NCBI GenBank assembly: GCA_965367815.1
Contig: CBDUKN010000002.1
Span: 122,438 to 186,437 of the forward strand
DNA: 64,000 bases
Source: an uncultured Thermoprotei archaeon
GTDB lineage: Archaea > Thermoproteota > Thermoprotei > Thermofilales > B15-G2
Direction: 5' to 3'
The position numbers and the translations under genes are program-made. The notes beneath the pieces were generated by a model, which had not been told where the DNA came from, searched no databases, and worked only from the letters and a program-made list of their open reading frames with translations. Below, piece after piece: positions 38,061 to 48,176 of this stretch; position 1 is the first letter of the stretch; every line of letters starts with the position of its first letter.

Positions 38061-38501
38061 TTACGGCAAAATCTCTACTTCTTTGGCAAAACCTGCTTTT
38101 GGGACAATTATCTCTAGAACGCCGTTTTCGTATTTCACCTGAATTTCGCGAGGATTAGGTTTTATTTTCTCGGGAAGCTTTAGTTCTTTAACAGCTTTTT
38201 TGTAAACTCTCTGTCTAATAATATATTTTTTACCGACTTCTTCTAATTCTTCTCCTTTTTCAGCTCTTATTTGTATATAGTCTTCACCTACTTTAATTTT
38301 TATTTCCTGTTTTTTAAACCCAGGTAAATCTATTTTTACAACATACTTCTCTCCTAAGTCCTCTACATCTGCTGGAGGATCATAACTCAGATCTTTTAAC
38401 TCCATAGTGGGCAGTGATGACCATAGGTCCCTAAAAGCCTTCTCTATCTCTTTATGTAGCTCTAAAATCATTTTTAGAGGGAACTTCTCGCTTATTTCCA
38501 T
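38061..38501 (-). CDS. Small heat-shock protein Hsp20
   Basis: DLPG, YENGVLEI.VPK, C-terminal VEI. Confidence 0.92.
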   Translation of the reverse strand: MEISEKFPLKMILELHKEIEKAFRDLWSSLPTMELKDLSYDPPADVEDLGEKYVVKIDLPGFKKQEIKIKVGEDYIQIRAEKGEELEEVGKKYIIRQRVYKKAVKELKLPEKIKPNPREIQVKYENGVLEIIVPKAGFAKEVEILP

Positions 38502-38573
38502 ACAGCTTTAAAATACTCTTACTGATATTTTTACTCTTCCCTCTGCTTAGAAGCATATTAACCTGCAGAAACT

Positions 38574-38586
38574 AAAACTTATATAT
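38574..38586 (+). promoter_or_regulatory. BRE/TATA promoter of the por operon
   Basis: TAAAAC-TTATATA about 27 nt upstream of ATG 38613. Confidence 0.55.
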
Positions 38587-38612
38587 CAAATTACCTTCTG
38601 CTAATTGAGAGA

Positions 38613-39173
38613 ATGTTGTACGAAGTTCGCTGGCATGGAAGAGGAGGGCAGGGTGTCGTAACTGCAAGCGATCTTCTGGCGCGTGCAGCGATAATCGAGG
38701 GGAAGTACGCTCAGCACTTCCCTGAATTCGGTCCAGAGCGAATGGGTGCGCCGATCAGAGCATTTACTAGAATAAGCGACGAAAAAATAGAGCTCTACAC
38801 AGGTGTATACGAGCCTGAAATGGTTGTCGTAATAGACCCGACGCTTCTGACTAGAACAGATTTAATTCTCCAAGGACTGAAAGAAGACAGATTGCTTGTA
38901 GTAAATGCTAAAACACCTCCAGAAACTCTTGTCAATCAATGCAACGAAAAGAAAATCAAACTATATGTCGTCGACGCATACACCATAGCTATGGAAGTCT
39001 TTAAGAGACCATTCTATAACACGCCAATGCTAGGTGCTGCTGTAAAGGCTTCAGGAATAGTTAAAATAGATTCTGTTCTCGATGCTGCAAAATTAAGATT
39101 TAGCGGAACAATTTTGGAGAAAAATATTGAGGTAATTAAACGAGGTTATGAGCAGGTGAGAGAATATGCTTAA
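38613..39173 (+). CDS. porG: Pyruvate/2-oxoacid:ferredoxin oxidoreductase gamma subunit
   Basis: HGRGGQG, FGPERMGAP. Confidence 0.93.
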   Translation: MLYEVRWHGRGGQGVVTASDLLARAAIIEGKYAQHFPEFGPERMGAPIRAFTRISDEKIELYTGVYEPEMVVVIDPTLLTRTDLILQGLKEDRLLVVNAKTPPETLVNQCNEKKIKLYVVDAYTIAMEVFKRPFYNTPMLGAAVKASGIVKIDSVLDAAKLRFSGTILEKNIEVIKRGYEQVREYA

Positions 39174-39444
39174 AGGATGGAAGGAAATTCCGATAGGTGG
39201 AATGATACTAGAACCCGGCAATAGTGTCAACTTTAAGACTGGTGACTGGAGGGCAATGAAACCTGTTATAGATAAAAGTAAGTGCATTAAATGCTTAATG
39301 TGCTGGACATTCTGTCCCGAGCCAGCCATAATAAGACATGAGGACAACAGTGTAGACATTAACTACGATTTCTGTAAAGGATGTGGTATTTGCGCTAAAG
39401 TTTGTCCACGTAAGGCAATTACTATGGTTCCTGAAGGTGAGTAA
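39166..39444 (+). CDS. porD: 2-oxoacid:ferredoxin oxidoreductase delta subunit
   Basis: TGDWR and two CxxCxxCxxxCP motifs. Confidence 0.93.
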   Translation: MLKGWKEIPIGGMILEPGNSVNFKTGDWRAMKPVIDKSKCIKCLMCWTFCPEPAIIRHEDNSVDINYDFCKGCGICAKVCPRKAITMVPEGE

Positions 39445-39446
39445 AT

Positions 39447-40622
39447 ATGGGTAAGGTTCTCGGTTTAATGGGAAATGAAGCTGTAGCCTATGCAGTAAAA
39501 CAAAGCAATGTTGATGTAATCGCCGCTTACCCAATCACTCCTCAAACAATAATTGTCGAAAGACTCTCAGAGTTTGTAGCTAATGGAGAACTCGACGCAG
39601 CCTTTGTTCCTGTCGAGAGCGAGCACTCAGCCTTATCATGCTGTGTAGGCGCTTCCCTAGCTGGAGCTAGAGTTTTTACTGCTTCAGCTAGCCAAGGTAT
39701 AGCTTTAATGTTCGAGATAACATTCATAGCTTCTTCTATGAGATGCCCAATAGTCATGGCTATAGTTAACAGAGCATTCTCTGCTCCAATCAATATTCAC
39801 TGCAGTCACGACGATACAGTAGCTCTACGCGACGCAAGCTGGGTTCACTTAATTTCAGAAAGTGTACAAGAAGCTTACGATAACGCGATACAGGCCTTCA
39901 AGATAGCCGAAGACTCCCGCGTACTTCTGCCTACGTCAATAAGCCTAGACGGATTCATTTTATCTCACTGCCTAGAAAGAATAGAAGTACTTGACAATAA
40001 AGTAGTATCAGACTTCTTGCCTCCGCGTAAAGCTGAATATAAGTTGGATCCAGAGAAACCAATAACATTTGGTCCATTGGCATTGCAAGACTACTACTTT
40101 GAGTTCAAGAGACAACAGGAAGAGGCTATGAGAAATGCCTTATCAGTAGTCAAAGAAGTTGGGAAGAAATACGGAGAAATCTCTGGAAGAACTTACGGAA
40201 CAGTAAAGAAATTCATGACAGATGATGCAGATGTAGTGCTAGTTTGTATGGGAACTGTTGCTGGTACAGCAAGAGTAGTCGCAAGGAGCCTAAGGAAAGA
40301 AGGCAAGAAAGTAGGTGTGTTGAGCATCAGGCTATTTAGACCATTCCCGGCACAAGACGTTGTAGAGGCACTAAGAAACGCGAAAGCAGTGGCAGTAATA
40401 GATAGGTCTTCTGCTCCTGGATGTATAGGCGGACCACTATTTGAAGACATATGTACAGCTCTCTACGACCTCCCAGAAAAACCACTCACATACAACATTA
40501 TTGCTGGACTAGGAGGAAGAGACATAACTCCTGAACATATTAAACAAATTTACAATACTGGATATAAGTACATTAAAGAAGGTAAAGTTTTAGAAAAAGT
40601 CTTATGGGTTGGGGTGAGATAA
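39447..40622 (+). CDS. porA: 2-oxoacid:ferredoxin oxidoreductase alpha subunit
   Basis: YPITPQT, ESEH, NRA...PINI, GLGGRD. Confidence 0.94.
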   Translation: MGKVLGLMGNEAVAYAVKQSNVDVIAAYPITPQTIIVERLSEFVANGELDAAFVPVESEHSALSCCVGASLAGARVFTASASQGIALMFEITFIASSMRCPIVMAIVNRAFSAPINIHCSHDDTVALRDASWVHLISESVQEAYDNAIQAFKIAEDSRVLLPTSISLDGFILSHCLERIEVLDNKVVSDFLPPRKAEYKLDPEKPITFGPLALQDYYFEFKRQQEEAMRNALSVVKEVGKKYGEISGRTYGTVKKFMTDDADVVLVCMGTVAGTARVVARSLRKEGKKVGVLSIRLFRPFPAQDVVEALRNAKAVAVIDRSSAPGCIGGPLFEDICTALYDLPEKPLTYNIIAGLGGRDITPEHIKQIYNTGYKYIKEGKVLEKVLWVGVR

Positions 40623-40623
40623 T

Positions 40624-41550
40624 ATGAGCTACTTTAAGAAATTAGCTGATTTACCTAGAGAAGAACTCCTGGCTCCAGGACACAGATTATGCGCAGGTTG
40701 TGCTGCATCAATTATCGCACGACTAGCTCTTAAAGCTACGAGAGGCCCAACAATAGTGGTAAATGCCACGGGATGTTTAGAAGTAGCTACAACAATATAC
40801 CCCTATACATCGTGGAGAGTTCCATGGGTTCACGTAGCCTTCGAAAACGCTGCTTCAGTGGCAAGCGGTATAGAAGCAGCTTTTAGAATAATGGAGAAAA
40901 AGTATGGAGTCAAGAAACCCGACATAATAGTCTTCGGCGGGGACGGAGGAACCTTCGATATAGGTCTTCAAGCTCTATCAGGAGCACTAGAAAGAGAGCA
41001 CGACTTCGTCTACATATGCTACGACAACGAAGCCTACATGAACACAGGCATTCAGAGATCCAGCGCAACACCACTTGGCGCGTGGACAACAACAAGTCCT
41101 GCAGGCAAGGTTGTTCCAGGAAAACTAGAAAGAAAGAAAGATCTAATAGGAATTGCTGTAGCACACGGAGTAGAGTACGCTGCAACAGCTTCACCAGCAT
41201 ATCCTCTAGACTTAGTGAATAAAGTAAGAAAAGCTATTGAAGTAGATGGACCAGCAGTACTGCACATAATATCTCCATGCCCAAGAGGATGGAGATTCGA
41301 TCCAAGCGAAACAATTGAAGTAGCTAGACTAGCTGTAGAAACAAGATTCTTCCCTATCTATGAAGTAGAGAGAGGACAGTATAAGATAAACATAAAGGTA
41401 GCGAAGCCAAAGCCAGTAGAAGAGTACTTAAAGAAACAGGGTCGATTCAAGCACTTATTCTTACCCGAAAATAAGTGGCTACTAGAAAGAATAAAGAAAG
41501 TAGTAGAAGAAAACTGGAATAGATTACTAGAATTAGCTGGAGAAAAGTAA
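40624..41550 (+). CDS. porB: 2-oxoacid:ferredoxin oxidoreductase beta subunit
   Basis: CAGC, TGC, GDGG, DNEAYMNTG, PCP. Confidence 0.94.
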   Translation: MSYFKKLADLPREELLAPGHRLCAGCAASIIARLALKATRGPTIVVNATGCLEVATTIYPYTSWRVPWVHVAFENAASVASGIEAAFRIMEKKYGVKKPDIIVFGGDGGTFDIGLQALSGALEREHDFVYICYDNEAYMNTGIQRSSATPLGAWTTTSPAGKVVPGKLERKKDLIGIAVAHGVEYAATASPAYPLDLVNKVRKAIEVDGPAVLHIISPCPRGWRFDPSETIEVARLAVETRFFPIYEVERGQYKINIKVAKPKPVEEYLKKQGRFKHLFLPENKWLLERIKKVVEENWNRLLELAGEK

Positions 41551-41551
41551 A

Positions 41552-41971
41552 ATGCAGCAATTAGCAAATATCTTAAATGAAATAGAAGAAAGATTAAATG
41601 AAAGTAAAAGCCTAGAAATAGCATACGAAAACGACACACCAATAATAAAAGATGTAAAAGGAATTGTAAAGTATAAAGTATCAAAAAATGAAGTAAAAGG
41701 TATTAGAAAACGTAAAGGAAAAGTAAAAGAAAAAACTAAAAAAGTACTATTGAAATTGTCAGAAAAACTCATACAAAACAAGACTGCATTCAAAATAATA
41801 ATATGGCCTAAGGTGGTTGAACTAAGATTTGACTTAGATCGGTTTATAAGTATCTACGATAAAGAAGTAAAAATAGCTGGATTCACATCCAAAGAAGAAG
41901 AACCGCTATCATATATATACAATATATTAGAAACTCATGGGAAAATAGTATTCCTCAAACCCCTTAAATAA
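41552..41971 (+). CDS. Hypothetical protein
   Basis: ORF directly coupled to the porB stop; typical codon usage. Confidence 0.6.
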   Translation: MQQLANILNEIEERLNESKSLEIAYENDTPIIKDVKGIVKYKVSKNEVKGIRKRKGKVKEKTKKVLLKLSEKLIQNKTAFKIIIWPKVVELRFDLDRFISIYDKEVKIAGFTSKEEEPLSYIYNILETHGKIVFLKPLK

Positions 41972-42062
41972 TTTTTCCACCTTCCCTTAGCTACTTTTTT
42001 AAATATTTTTCGACCATAAAACTAATAAACTTAGACCCAATATTAATGGCGAGCGGAGGTTT

Positions 42063-42740
42063 ATGCACAATAACATAGTAGTATTCAGACCAAGATTAGT
42101 AAGAGTAGAGGAACTAGTCTTGAGAAGAATGATATCAAATAAACTAAAAGAAGAATTTCAAGTGTTATCTAACAGAGAAGAAAACTTCATTGTCGATATT
42201 GCTCTGAAAGACTTCCTGAACTATATTAAAGTAATGAAAAATATAGATGGAGACTTACTCGACGTATATAATTATATAGGAAGGCTCTTAGAAGAAAAAC
42301 CCTTAGAGCTTAAAAGAGAATTTGACGAATGGATCGACGAGTGGATTCTTAAGTGGAGAACTAGAGTTAAAATAACAGTAAATGAAGATGAATTTAAGAA
42401 AATAGCCGTAAACTTCGACAAAGAGGTAGACGAAGTAATAAGTAAGCTTCCTTTCATAGATGAACTAAAAGAATATGTTCTAGGATCAATTATTAGAGCT
42501 GGAGAAGTATGTATGACTAATCTCATTACAGACAGTATAATCAAGGCTGAAGTCGCTAAATTCTTCAATAATATTAAGGATGTTAATAAAACTGTTGAAA
42601 TACTATCAAAGAATACAATATCATTAATAAATAATATTAATAAGAAGGTAAAGTTCATTAGAAATTACAGAGGCCCTCTCGTAGTGCTTCGTTTCGATCT
42701 AGTAGTCTTTCATGGTACTACAAGTAAGCTATCTCGATAA
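42063..42740 (+). CDS. Hypothetical protein
   Basis: 225-aa ORF with SD GGAGG. Confidence 0.7.
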   Translation: MHNNIVVFRPRLVRVEELVLRRMISNKLKEEFQVLSNREENFIVDIALKDFLNYIKVMKNIDGDLLDVYNYIGRLLEEKPLELKREFDEWIDEWILKWRTRVKITVNEDEFKKIAVNFDKEVDEVISKLPFIDELKEYVLGSIIRAGEVCMTNLITDSIIKAEVAKFFNNIKDVNKTVEILSKNTISLINNINKKVKFIRNYRGPLVVLRFDLVVFHGTTSKLSR

Positions 42741-42769
42741 AAAACTTTTATAAGTTCTTAGACAGTTTA

Positions 42770-42828
42770 AGCTTGATGATGACTTTGCCGAGTGCTGTCG
42801 AGGTGATGAACCATTCATGAACTGAGCT
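42770..42828 (+). ncRNA. Box C/D guide sRNA (both guides 23S-like)
   Basis: ATGATGA-CTTTGCCGAGTGCTG-TCGA-G-GTGATGA-ACCATTCATGAA-CTGA; AGCT/AGCT terminal stem. Confidence 0.85.
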
Positions 42829-43084
42829 ATTAAAAACAATTCCTTGTTTAATTTTGTAGTAATATATAATTTTATATGCTTAGATTTATTTTTAAACTGA
42901 TTCCTATCTGACTGTAGCTTCAATAGCCCGATATGTTCTTCATTTTTATAAAATTATGAATATTGTCCAAAAAACCTAAGACAGCTATGATTATTTAAGC
43001 ACTCTGCCGTCTCCAGCGTAAAAATAAAGTTTTGCAAACTACCTATATATTCAATTCCTGCAATAAGATATTTGGAGTGAAAAT

Positions 43085-43963
43085 ATGCCTATCTTCGACT
43101 GGGGGACATACAACGGCTTATCTAAGTTAAGGGTAGCAGAACTTTTAGGCACTAGGCTTACCGAAATTCCTCCAAGAATATTTATGAGAAAAACCTATGA
43201 GGGTTACTTTAGGGAGTACAAGGAAAACTCGAAGTTCTTTACAACTATTACTGCTCACGCTCCTTACTACTCTCTTTTATCATATAACAAGGAGGTAATG
43301 GAGAGAAGTATTAAAGCTATGAGAAATGCTGTAAAAAACGCCGTTATTGCTGGAGCAGAGATATTCAATATGCATATTGGAGTAAAAGTCTTCAGAGATG
43401 AAAGGGACATAGAGCTTGTAGCAAATACTGTTAAAGAAATAATGAAGGACTTTGAAGATAAAATATACTTCTCTCTCGAAACAACGTATGCTCCATGGAT
43501 GCTAGGAAACTTCGAAGAAATAAGAGCTATAATAGAGACTATTGGCAGTGATAAAGTAATAGTGTCTCCACAACTCGAGAACGTTTTCATGTACAAAACT
43601 GCTCTACATTCTCACGGAAAATTTGAACAAGCCAATAAACATGCTACTAAAGACTTCTGGCTTAAAGTGCTTGCTGAAACCTTAAGGCTGAGTAAAGGCT
43701 ACTTTAGCTTAAGATTTTCACAGATAACCGGAATTTTCTTAGGCAATAAACTATTAAAGAAAAGAGTGCCGCTAGGAAGAGGATATCCTGATATAGAACC
43801 ACTCGCCGACGCACTTGCAGAATTCATGGTTAAAGAAATATACGATAAAAATCTTCCCCTCGAAATACACTTAATTTATACAGGTCCCCCCGAAACAAAG
43901 TACCAGGACACCGTTATGCTGTATTCAGAGATAATGCGTAGAGTCTTCCTCTACTTAAAATAG
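43085..43963 (+). CDS. Divergent endonuclease IV/xylose-isomerase-like TIM barrel protein
   Basis: TAHAPYY, NMHIG, SLETT; the later metal ligands are not recognisable. Confidence 0.65.
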   Translation: MPIFDWGTYNGLSKLRVAELLGTRLTEIPPRIFMRKTYEGYFREYKENSKFFTTITAHAPYYSLLSYNKEVMERSIKAMRNAVKNAVIAGAEIFNMHIGVKVFRDERDIELVANTVKEIMKDFEDKIYFSLETTYAPWMLGNFEEIRAIIETIGSDKVIVSPQLENVFMYKTALHSHGKFEQANKHATKDFWLKVLAETLRLSKGYFSLRFSQITGIFLGNKLLKKRVPLGRGYPDIEPLADALAEFMVKEIYDKNLPLEIHLIYTGPPETKYQDTVMLYSEIMRRVFLYLK

Positions 43964-44003
43964 TATAGCTTTTTTATTAACACCAATAGCATATCTGTAG
44001 AGA

Positions 44004-45785
44004 ATGTCTGATAGAGTTCTACACAAACCGAGAGACTACCAACTTGAGGCATTTGAGTACGCTTATTTAAAGAAGAAATGTGTCTGCGTCCTTCCTACTG
44101 GTACAGGCAAGACCCTAATTGGACTTCTGTGGGCTATTAGACTCCTTCAAGAGAAAAAGGTGAAACGAATTCTAGTACTTGAGCCGACGCGATATCTAGT
44201 AGAGCAAATAGCTAGCTACTACAGGAGAATAGGTAAAATAGATGCTAAGCCTATTCATGGAGGATTCCCCAAAAACTACCGTAGAAAAATGTGGAAATCG
44301 AGAGTCATAGTCGCTACTCCTGAAATAGTTTTAAGTGACCTAACTGAAAGCGATCTTGAGGAAATAGACGCAATTATAGTGGATGAATGCCATCATACTA
44401 CAGGTCAAGACGCTTATGCAAAACTAGTCAACAAAATTAAAGCAGAATACAGACTTGGGCTATCAGCCTATATACCTCCTAGCAGACGAGAAGAGATAGA
44501 GAAATCTATAGGAGACATAAGATTCTGGAGCTGGAAAGACCCTCGCATTAAGCAATATGTTCCCGAATGGATAGGAGAAGTATACGAGGCACCACTCAAT
44601 TCACAGGAAAAAGACGTGCTCAAGTACTTAGAAGAAATATACAGCACTGTAGAAGATAAGTACCGCAGTACTGTTAGGCTAGCTATACGTTTTTTCGTTA
44701 GAGACGGAGCCCTTGCTCTCTCAGAAAGCATTCAGAAGAGAGGAAAAATGTATAAATTACTAGACGGCAAGCTGCTGGAAAAACTAAAATACGTAAGGCC
44801 AGCACACAAGCTCCCAGCTTTGAAAAGAATTCTCGAAGACCACGAAGAATTCAAAAAAGCTATAATCTTCATCGATAGAGTTTCACTAGCATATTACATA
44901 TCAGAAAAACTTAATAAATGGAGCTACCGGAACATTGTTCTATGTGGAAAGTCACGTAGAGAGAGAGATGTGAAGGAAATACTTTATGAAGCACAAAACC
45001 CCGAAACAAAAATTATAGTATCTACGTCTGCTGGCGAAGAAGGAATAGACTTACCTACAGCAGACCTTCTGATAATATGGTCCAATATTGTAAGCACACT
45101 AAGATTCATTCAAAGACACGGAAGACTTCTGCGCAAATCGGGAGAAAAACTGAAATTCGTTACATATATAGTTACACCCGAGACTCCTGACGTAGACAGC
45201 TTTGTAGACGCAATTTTCTTCGCTAAAAAAGCCGGTGTTGATGTTCCGCTCGAAGAACATACGCTAGAAGCGCTAGTGAAGAAAAGTACTAAAGCTAGAA
45301 TAATTGAGCTACTTGAAGCTCGTCCTCTTCCTGCAGAGTGGATAGCTGAAGCACTAAACATGTCTCTATCTGAAGCAAAAAGGCACTTGGCTTTCTTAGT
45401 TAAAAACGGAGATATTATATACTTCTACACTCATTTAGGAAAAACATATGTTGCAAAAAACTCTTTTCAATCAATACTTGAAGAATACGATTACTTCTTC
45501 GAACCAAAGATAAAGGAATCAATAGCTGACGTAAATATAGTTATCAATAAGAAGAAAAGAAAAATTAGCGGAAGCTTGACTGAAGTATTAGCTAAGCTAA
45601 AAGAAATAGCACATATCAAGACAATTTCCCAAGCAACAGTTTCGGTACAAGTCTTTAATCCTGAACTAAAAGCCTATCACTTGATAACAGTCAAATACAA
45701 TTACAGCATAGATACTCCAATGCTAGCAGAACTAATCATAAGAAATGCTTTCTCATATGCTGAAAAGAAAATAGGGTTAGCTTAA
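44004..45785 (+). CDS. Hef/FANCM-like SF2 helicase without ERCC4 nuclease, with C-terminal wHTH
   Basis: RDYQ, LPTGTGKT, ATPE, DECHH, STSAGEEGIDLP, RFIQRHGR, AEWIAEALNMS. Confidence 0.82.
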   Translation: MSDRVLHKPRDYQLEAFEYAYLKKKCVCVLPTGTGKTLIGLLWAIRLLQEKKVKRILVLEPTRYLVEQIASYYRRIGKIDAKPIHGGFPKNYRRKMWKSRVIVATPEIVLSDLTESDLEEIDAIIVDECHHTTGQDAYAKLVNKIKAEYRLGLSAYIPPSRREEIEKSIGDIRFWSWKDPRIKQYVPEWIGEVYEAPLNSQEKDVLKYLEEIYSTVEDKYRSTVRLAIRFFVRDGALALSESIQKRGKMYKLLDGKLLEKLKYVRPAHKLPALKRILEDHEEFKKAIIFIDRVSLAYYISEKLNKWSYRNIVLCGKSRRERDVKEILYEAQNPETKIIVSTSAGEEGIDLPTADLLIIWSNIVSTLRFIQRHGRLLRKSGEKLKFVTYIVTPETPDVDSFVDAIFFAKKAGVDVPLEEHTLEALVKKSTKARIIELLEARPLPAEWIAEALNMSLSEAKRHLAFLVKNGDIIYFYTHLGKTYVAKNSFQSILEEYDYFFEPKIKESIADVNIVINKKKRKISGSLTEVLAKLKEIAHIKTISQATVSVQVFNPELKAYHLITVKYNYSIDTPMLAELIIRNAFSYAEKKIGLA

Positions 45786-45790
45786 TAGTA

Positions 45791-45851
45791 TTGGTCTCAG
45801 AAATTCTTTTTCTTCATCTTTCAAGAAGACCGTCGTTTCATCACGGACTAA
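45791..45851 (-). ncRNA. Box C/D guide sRNA
   Basis: Minus: GTGATGA-AACGACGGTCTTC-TTGA-AAG-ATGAAGA-AAAAGAATTT-CTGA, with a terminal stem. Confidence 0.8.
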
Positions 45852-45890
45852 GATAAATGACTAATGTATACCATTTATGTTTTACGCTTT

Positions 45891-46592
45891 CTAATCTAGT
45901 AGACTTATTCCCATTCTTTTTAATGCTGGCAAAGTTAAGCTAATAATCACTGTTGACAAGATTATCAACAGTACTCTCTCGACGTACATGATGTAGGCCA
46001 TGGGAGCAATACTTTCTAAGACATTTAGCGGAGGTCTAAATATCCAGAAATATATGTTGAATCCAGTTAAGTGGTCTACTAGTATCGCTGACGCTGAAAT
46101 AATTACAACGGATGCTATGTACTTCTTTCCTTTAAGCAATTTTACCCACTTGTAAATGCTATCGGACATTACTATGCTAACTATGAAGACTATCAGATGT
46201 GGCAAAGCAATAAGCCCGAAATAAGAGAAATCAGTGTAGACAAACCATAGAGCGAGAAGTACAGAGTATACTGCTAGAAGCAGTAGTTTTTTCTTAGCTG
46301 AATCAGAGCGAGCTAAAATTCCTGCCGTAAGTGCGCTTAGCATAGAGGGAGGTGAAAAAATTATGCTCATGAACTTGAAGCCTTTAAAAATATAGGTTAG
46401 TAGCTGGCCCATAGCTACTGCTATTAGTCCGTTAAAGGGACCCAAAATGATTCCATAGAGAGGTGCTAATGCAGCTACTACCTTTATTTTAGCTTTAGTC
46501 AAGCCTATTACAGGTATACCTGGTATAAATGTCATTATACAGTACATCGCCGCGAATACAGCTAGAATAGCGACTTTGAGTGAAGTTTTCAC
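45891..46592 (-). CDS. ECF transporter S-component-like membrane protein
   Basis: A..AA.Y, APLYGIILGP, YVER motifs; about 6-7 TM helices. Confidence 0.7.
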   Translation of the reverse strand: MKTSLKVAILAVFAAMYCIMTFIPGIPVIGLTKAKIKVVAALAPLYGIILGPFNGLIAVAMGQLLTYIFKGFKFMSIIFSPPSMLSALTAGILARSDSAKKKLLLLAVYSVLLALWFVYTDFSYFGLIALPHLIVFIVSIVMSDSIYKWVKLLKGKKYIASVVIISASAILVDHLTGFNIYFWIFRPPLNVLESIAPMAYIMYVERVLLIILSTVIISLTLPALKRMGISLLD

Positions 46593-46622
46593 GTCATGGT
46601 GAGAAAAGCAAGTAATATAAAA

Positions 46623-48176
46623 TTATCCGCTTTGACTCTTGCTTTTTTCGAATTTCCTTATGTACATTCTGTAAGTTAATATGACTGTTTTCGGCAAATT
46701 CGCTTTAACATAGTCGAGTCTACTGACCGCCGTGTTTATGGGAGCTTTCTTAAGTTCGCTCGGTTCTTTGTAAGCTTTCTCCGAGATCTTGCAGAGTATT
46801 TCGGCGTAGCGGTCTATGTTGTCTACTCTCTCGGATTCTGTAAATTCTATCATTAAGGCTTCTTCGACTATAGGCGGGAAATATATTGTTGGTGCATGCA
46901 TACCTTCATCTAGTATAGCTTTAGCCACATCTTCAGCGGTAACTCCAGTATCCTTCCTTAGCTCTTTAGCACTTATAACACATTCGTGCTTACGGTATCG
47001 CTCTGGACCATAGGGTAGGCTGTATCCTTTAATCTTCTTTACTTTAGATAGGAAGTAATTAGTGTTAAGAACCGCTACTTCAGAAACTTTTTCGAGACCC
47101 TTTTCTCCAAGCGACATTATGTATATGAATGTTTTGAGCAGCGGGATAATATTTCCGTAGAATGCTCTTACACGGCCTATTGAGTATGGTCTATTGTAGT
47201 CGAGATAGTATCTTTTCTTATCTGGATCGCGCTCTATTACGGGTATAGGCAGGAACTTCTCAAGTTCCTTTGTTACGCACACAGGTCCTGCTCCCGGCCC
47301 GCCTCCTCCATGTGGTGTTCCAAATGTTTTATGCACGTTTATGTGAACTATATCAAAGCCCATGTCACCGGGCCTCGCTTTCCCTAATATTGCATTGAGG
47401 TTTGCTCCATCGTAGTATAGGAGTCCTCCTGCCTCGTGGACTATTTTCGCTATTTCGAGAATGTCTTTCTCGAAAAGTCCTAGGGTATTGGGATTCGTTA
47501 ACATTATTCCTGCTGTTTTTTCCGAAACTACTGCTTTAAGAGCTTCTATGTCTACGCAGCCGTCATCTCGAGTAGGTATTCTAATTATCTTAAATCCCGC
47601 CATAGCCGCTGAAGCTGGATTTGTGCCGTGAGCACTATCTGGAACGAGCATTTCATCACGTTTTTCACCCTTATACTCGTGATAAGCTCTTATGATTAAG
47701 CAGCCTGTAAGCTCTCCATGGGCGCCTGCAGCTGGCTGCAATGTAGCTCTATACATTCCCGTTATTTTACAGAGCCATCTTTCAAGCTTATACAGTATCT
47801 CCAGTATTCCTTGAACAGTATCTTCATCTTGCAGTGGATGAAGCCATGCTATATTATCGTCTGAAGCCAGTTCTTCACATATTTTGGGGTTATATTTCAT
47901 CGTACAAGAGCCTAGAGGATATGTTCCTAAATCAACACCATAGTTCATTTGAGATAGCCTAGTGTAATGTCTAACTACGTCTATTTCAGAAACCTCAGGC
48001 AACGGAGGGGGCTCTTTACGCAACATAGTGGCTGGCACCATTTCTTCGGGTTTAGCTCCTACTGTCTCCACTATTTCTTTAGGAGGCTCTGGCACTAAGT
48101 GCCCTACAAGACCTTCTTTGCTTAACTCATATATGAGCGGCTCATCCCATCTAGCTTGTCTAAACATTATTTTCAC
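46623..48176 (-). CDS. gcvPB: Glycine dehydrogenase (decarboxylating) subunit 2
   Basis: PLGSCTMKYNP, QPAAGAHGE, HINVHKTF..PHGGGGPG. Confidence 0.96.
   Translation of the reverse strand: MKIMFRQARWDEPLIYELSKEGLVGHLVPEPPKEIVETVGAKPEEMVPATMLRKEPPPLPEVSEIDVVRHYTRLSQMNYGVDLGTYPLGSCTMKYNPKICEELASDDNIAWLHPLQDEDTVQGILEILYKLERWLCKITGMYRATLQPAAGAHGELTGCLIIRAYHEYKGEKRDEMLVPDSAHGTNPASAAMAGFKIIRIPTRDDGCVDIEALKAVVSEKTAGIMLTNPNTLGLFEKDILEIAKIVHEAGGLLYYDGANLNAILGKARPGDMGFDIVHINVHKTFGTPHGGGGPGAGPVCVTKELEKFLPIPVIERDPDKKRYYLDYNRPYSIGRVRAFYGNIIPLLKTFIYIMSLGEKGLEKVSEVAVLNTNYFLSKVKKIKGYSLPYGPERYRKHECVISAKELRKDTGVTAEDVAKAILDEGMHAPTIYFPPIVEEALMIEFTESERVDNIDRYAEILCKISEKAYKEPSELKKAPINTAVSRLDYVKANLPKTVILTYRMYIRKFEKSKSQSG

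Noticed and set aside
42890-42945. Ninth C/D sRNA on the minus strand (ATGAAGA...TTGA)
   Set aside because: No convincing C' box or terminal CTGA at the right spacing.
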